A stretch of 64,000 bases of DNA from assembly GCA_965645245.1 (NCBI GenBank), contig OZ287085.1, positions 1,674,001 through 1,738,000 on the forward strand. Reading direction: 5' to 3'. The stretch comes from Massalongia carnosa. Taxonomy: Eukaryota. Position 1 is the stretch's first letter, and the number at the start of each line of letters is the position of its first letter. Positions 60,201 through 64,000 of the stretch are shown here, in pieces. A program made the translations under genes and the position numbers. The notes under the pieces are model-generated. The model was not told the DNA's origin and did not search any database. It worked only from the letters and a program-made list of their open reading frames with translations.

Positions 60201-63200
60201 CGGACACACACTCTATCAACATATTACAGTACAACGTCAGAAATGACCGCGTAAAAATCATGATACCGTTATTAGCAGATCAGAGAGTACAAAATTACGA
60301 TATAATAGCGATTCAAGAGCCGCGGCGCAACCCCAACGGGCCGACCACGCTTAGTTCCTTTCAAAGTGGATTCCATCTTCTGTATCGCCCAGGTTGCGAC
60401 ACGAGAGTGTGCTTCTATATTATCGAAAAAATCGATCCGGAAAGCTGAGAGATTGAGTTTCCCTCGTCGGACATATGCACGCTGAAAATAAAATCAAAGA
60501 TCAAGAAAACGAGAAAAAATGCATGTACACAACGTGTATAATCCTTCTCCAATCTCCTATTCATCCATTGATAGCCCTTCGTCCATACCGATATTGAGTC
60601 GCCAACTCGCCGCCGAGGCGGAACACGTTGTGATCGGCGATTTCAATCTACCCACCCGCTCTGGAACGGCCCTACGAGGCCCACTCAACTCACCGCAGCC
60701 GACCATCTGCTAGATCTAGTAGAGAATCACGACCTATCGTTAACACTGCCCAAAGGCTCAGTGACGTGGGAAGCTCGGGGGTCGTTCAGCACCATAGATC
60801 TAGTATTCATGTCGGAATACTTAGCAGAAAAAATAGAGCATTGCAAGACGAGACCCGACTTGAATCAATCGTCAGATCACATCCCGATATCTACCCGCAT
60901 CCTACTAGGCTATGAGATACCTACGCCCATCAAACGCCGAGCCTGGAAGCTTCTGAACATGGAAAAGCTAAGAGAGGCTGAGCAAACCGCCCCCCCTACG
61001 AGTCACCCACGCTCGCGCGAGGAGATTGACGAATACACTCACACCATACAGAAGTTTCTTCAGCGGGTTATCGCCGCTTCCGTCCCGTGGGCGAAATAAA
61101 GCGCACACGCCAAACCCTTTTGGAATCCCGAATGCAACGACGCCACAAAGCAATCCCGCAGACTGCGCAGAATATGGAGCGCCACAAATCTCAGGGAAGA
61201 TTGGATAGCGTACATGAAGGCGAACGACAAAAAACAAAAGATAATTCAAAAAGCGAAAACGCTCTCGTTTCGTAAAGAGATAAGCCGCGCCACCGAATCG
61301 CCCCAGGGAATCTGGAAACTCGCCAAATGGGCCAAAAACAAGAGCAATGCAGGCCGCGAAGTACCGAAAATGCCATCGCTCGAATTCAACGATCAAAAAG
61401 CATTCACATTCGAAGAGAAATCCGAAATGCTTGAGAGCACTTTCTTTCCAGCACCGCCCCCGGCGGATCTACGCGACATACCCGGAGCGTTCTATCCCGC
61501 CGAAATCGAATGCCCAGAGAGAATAACGAGAGAAGAGGTTCTTACGATCATCCAACGAGTCAGTGCGGACAAGGCGTCCGGACCGGACGGCATTTCCAAC
61601 AGAATTCTAAAAGCATGCGCCGAGAAGCTAACGGACCTACTCACCCCACTGTATCAGGCCTGCGTAACGCTCGCGTACCATCCTCGAGCCTTCAAAATCA
61701 CAAACACAATTACGCTGAAAAAACCGGGCAAAGACGATTACACGACCCCGAAAGCCTATCGACCGATAGCGTTATTGAACACAATAGGCAAGGTACTAGA
61801 AGCAGTGATCGCAAGAAGAATCACCCACATGGCCGAGAGCAACAACCTGCTACCCGACATGCAGATGGGGGCTCGCAGAGGAAGATCCACCGAATCGGCA
61901 CTGGAACTTCTCACGGAACAGGTGCACACGGTCTGGGGCCAGGGTAACGACAAGGTGGCAACACAGCTCAGCATAGACGTAGCAGGAGCGTTCGATACCG
62001 TATCTCACCAAAGATTGATACACAATCCGCAATAGAGAAAGATTCCCAAATGGATTACCGATTGGACCGAGAGCTTCTTGAGCGAAAGAAGGACAACGCT
62101 TACGATCCAACGACGCACCACTGACGTATTCGATGTGAGAACAGGGATCCCCCAGGGCTCTCCCATTTCCCCAATCCTATATTTATTCTACAACGCAGAC
62201 CTGCTGGAAATATGTCAAAGACTAGGCACGAATACAAGCTCACTGGGCTTCGTAAACGACGTCAACGTTCTGGCATACGGCAAAAGCACCGAGGAAAACT
62301 GCAGAACGCTAGAAAGAATTCACAAGGAATGCGAGAGATGGTCCTTACGCCACGGCTCCGTGTTTGCCCCGAGCAAATACGAGCTTATTCATCTGTCCAG
62401 AAATCCGAAAAAATTCGACATGACGGCCACCATCAGGATAAGCACAAAAACGATCGAACTCAAACCGGATATCAGGGTGCTGGGTCTACAAAGCGACACC
62501 AAACTGAGATGGGGAGCCCATGTAAGGAAAACTCAAGAAAAAATGACGAAACAATCGGGTGCACTGACCAGGATCTCCGCGTCCACCTGGGGAGCCTCGT
62601 TCTCGAAGGCCAGACAGGTTTATATTGCGGTCGTTCGTCCGGCATAGACCTACGCATCCGCCGTATGGCACACACCGAAAGAAATAGGGAAAAGCAAAGC
62701 CGCGACGAGCTGGCGGTCATGCAAAACTAGTGCTTGCGAACAATAACGAGTGCATTTCGGGCCACCCCGATTTCAGTATTGGAAACCGAAACGCACGTGA
62801 CGTCTATAGAATCGCATTTGGAAGAATTACAAGTCAAAGCGAGATATCGCCAACGAACCGCGGGGCAAACGAGACTCATCTCGTCTTTCTGCAAGGAGAT
62901 AGAACGCAAGTTGCGCGGAAAAGCGGGCAAGAAAAGATCGCCGAAACCGACCCCAGGAATGCTCAAGCACGAATGGGCCAAAAACAAATTGATCAGCGCC
63001 ATACCCACCGCAGCCCCAACGCCGCACCCACCCTGGATCACGCCTACGGAGCAACACATGCTCACAGCCAATGCAGTAAGGATGAGTCGCAGCGCTCACA
63101 CGAAAGCCACAAAAGCGCATTACAAAACGAAATGGCAGACAACCTGGAAAGCATATCAAGATCGCGTACCCTTTCCCACCGAAGCACAGCGCGCTTCCTT

Positions 63201-63560
63201 AATTCCTTAACCAAAGGAAAAATCAAAATACACGACAATCTGGCAAAAGCGGAAAGCGCGTTAGCTACCCAAATTCGCACGGAAAAAATAGGTCTGGCAA
63301 GTTTTCTATTTAAACGACGAGTTCCCAACGTGACGACGGCGGCCTGCAGCTGTGGATGGCCCCAGCAAACGGCCAAACACGTAATCATGCACTGCCCATT
63401 AATGACGGGAAGACAAGAGCTGTTTCGGCGTATAAATAACAACGAGTATCGTACGATACTCCGAACATCCAAAACATTGAAACAGGTAACGAGATGGATT
63501 ATCGAAGCTGGCGTTTTGGCGCAATTTTCTTTATCGGCAAGCTTGCTATACAAGCAATAA
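60197..63560 (+). pseudogene. LINE ORF2 (endonuclease-RT-Zn finger), interrupted
   Basis: LQYNV..IQEP, GDFN, SDH, YRPIALLN, GIPQGSPISP, CSCG..H..C, with several stops and frameshifts. Confidence 0.92.
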
Positions 63561-64000
63561 TTTTCTTTTCATTCAAGGGACTCATCTAAAAAGCACACGA
63601 GCAGCACAGCTGGAGGTCCTTGGGACCTCGTACGCGCAGCGTTGGCATTGGGTTTTTATACCTCTTAAAGGTATTCCTGTAGCATAGTAGTCCATCCCGC
63701 ATGGGCCGGCCTTCGGCCGGTGACATATCTACGTAAGAATATATCTATCTATCTTTGTTAAATTCAAATTATTATTAGTATTTACCTTCTTTTCTTCTCT
63801 TATCTTCCTTCTATTCTCTCTTATATTTCGTATTCTTTTATTTATCTACTTTCCGTTTCTAATTATTTAATCGTTTTTTGATATTTGTTTTGTACTCTTT
63901 ATCTTTTTATTATTTTTATCCTTTTCTCTTCTTCAATTCTCTGCTTTATCTTATTGCTTAACCTTTCCTTCTATCTTATCTATATATTTTTTTATATAAT

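Larger units (their letters stand above)
58485..63751 (+). mobile_element. Apparently full-length Tad1-like LINE without RNase H
   Basis: TSD TCTTTGTTAAAT (58473-84, 63752-63), short (ATCT)n tail, ORF1 and ORF2. Confidence 0.93.

Overview
Gene-poor window from a filamentous ascomycete (inferred from intron signals and TE families), made almost entirely of nested transposable elements. No intact host gene, RNA gene or CRISPR array is evident. It holds four Ty1/Copia elements primed by a tRNA-iMet half, Ty3/Gypsy chromoviruses (one intact and very young), two Tad1-like LINEs, a ~1 kb non-coding LTR element, a MITE and many solo LTRs; most boundaries are fixed by target-site duplications (TSDs). 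Removing nested insertions reveals two more interesting units. (1) A decayed gene, in two tandem copies, joining a DUF3505-like Zn domain, a domain with a tyrosine-recombinase-like motif order and a RecQ-type helicase; this is a candidate recombinase-helicase mobile element. (2) A Plavaka-transposase DNA transposon (18893-36545) with 17-bp TIRs and a 2-bp TSD that splits the helicase Walker A motif. An inverted relative (19614-26320) carrying an unknown spliced gene sits inside it. All calls are by-eye motif reading; no searches were run.
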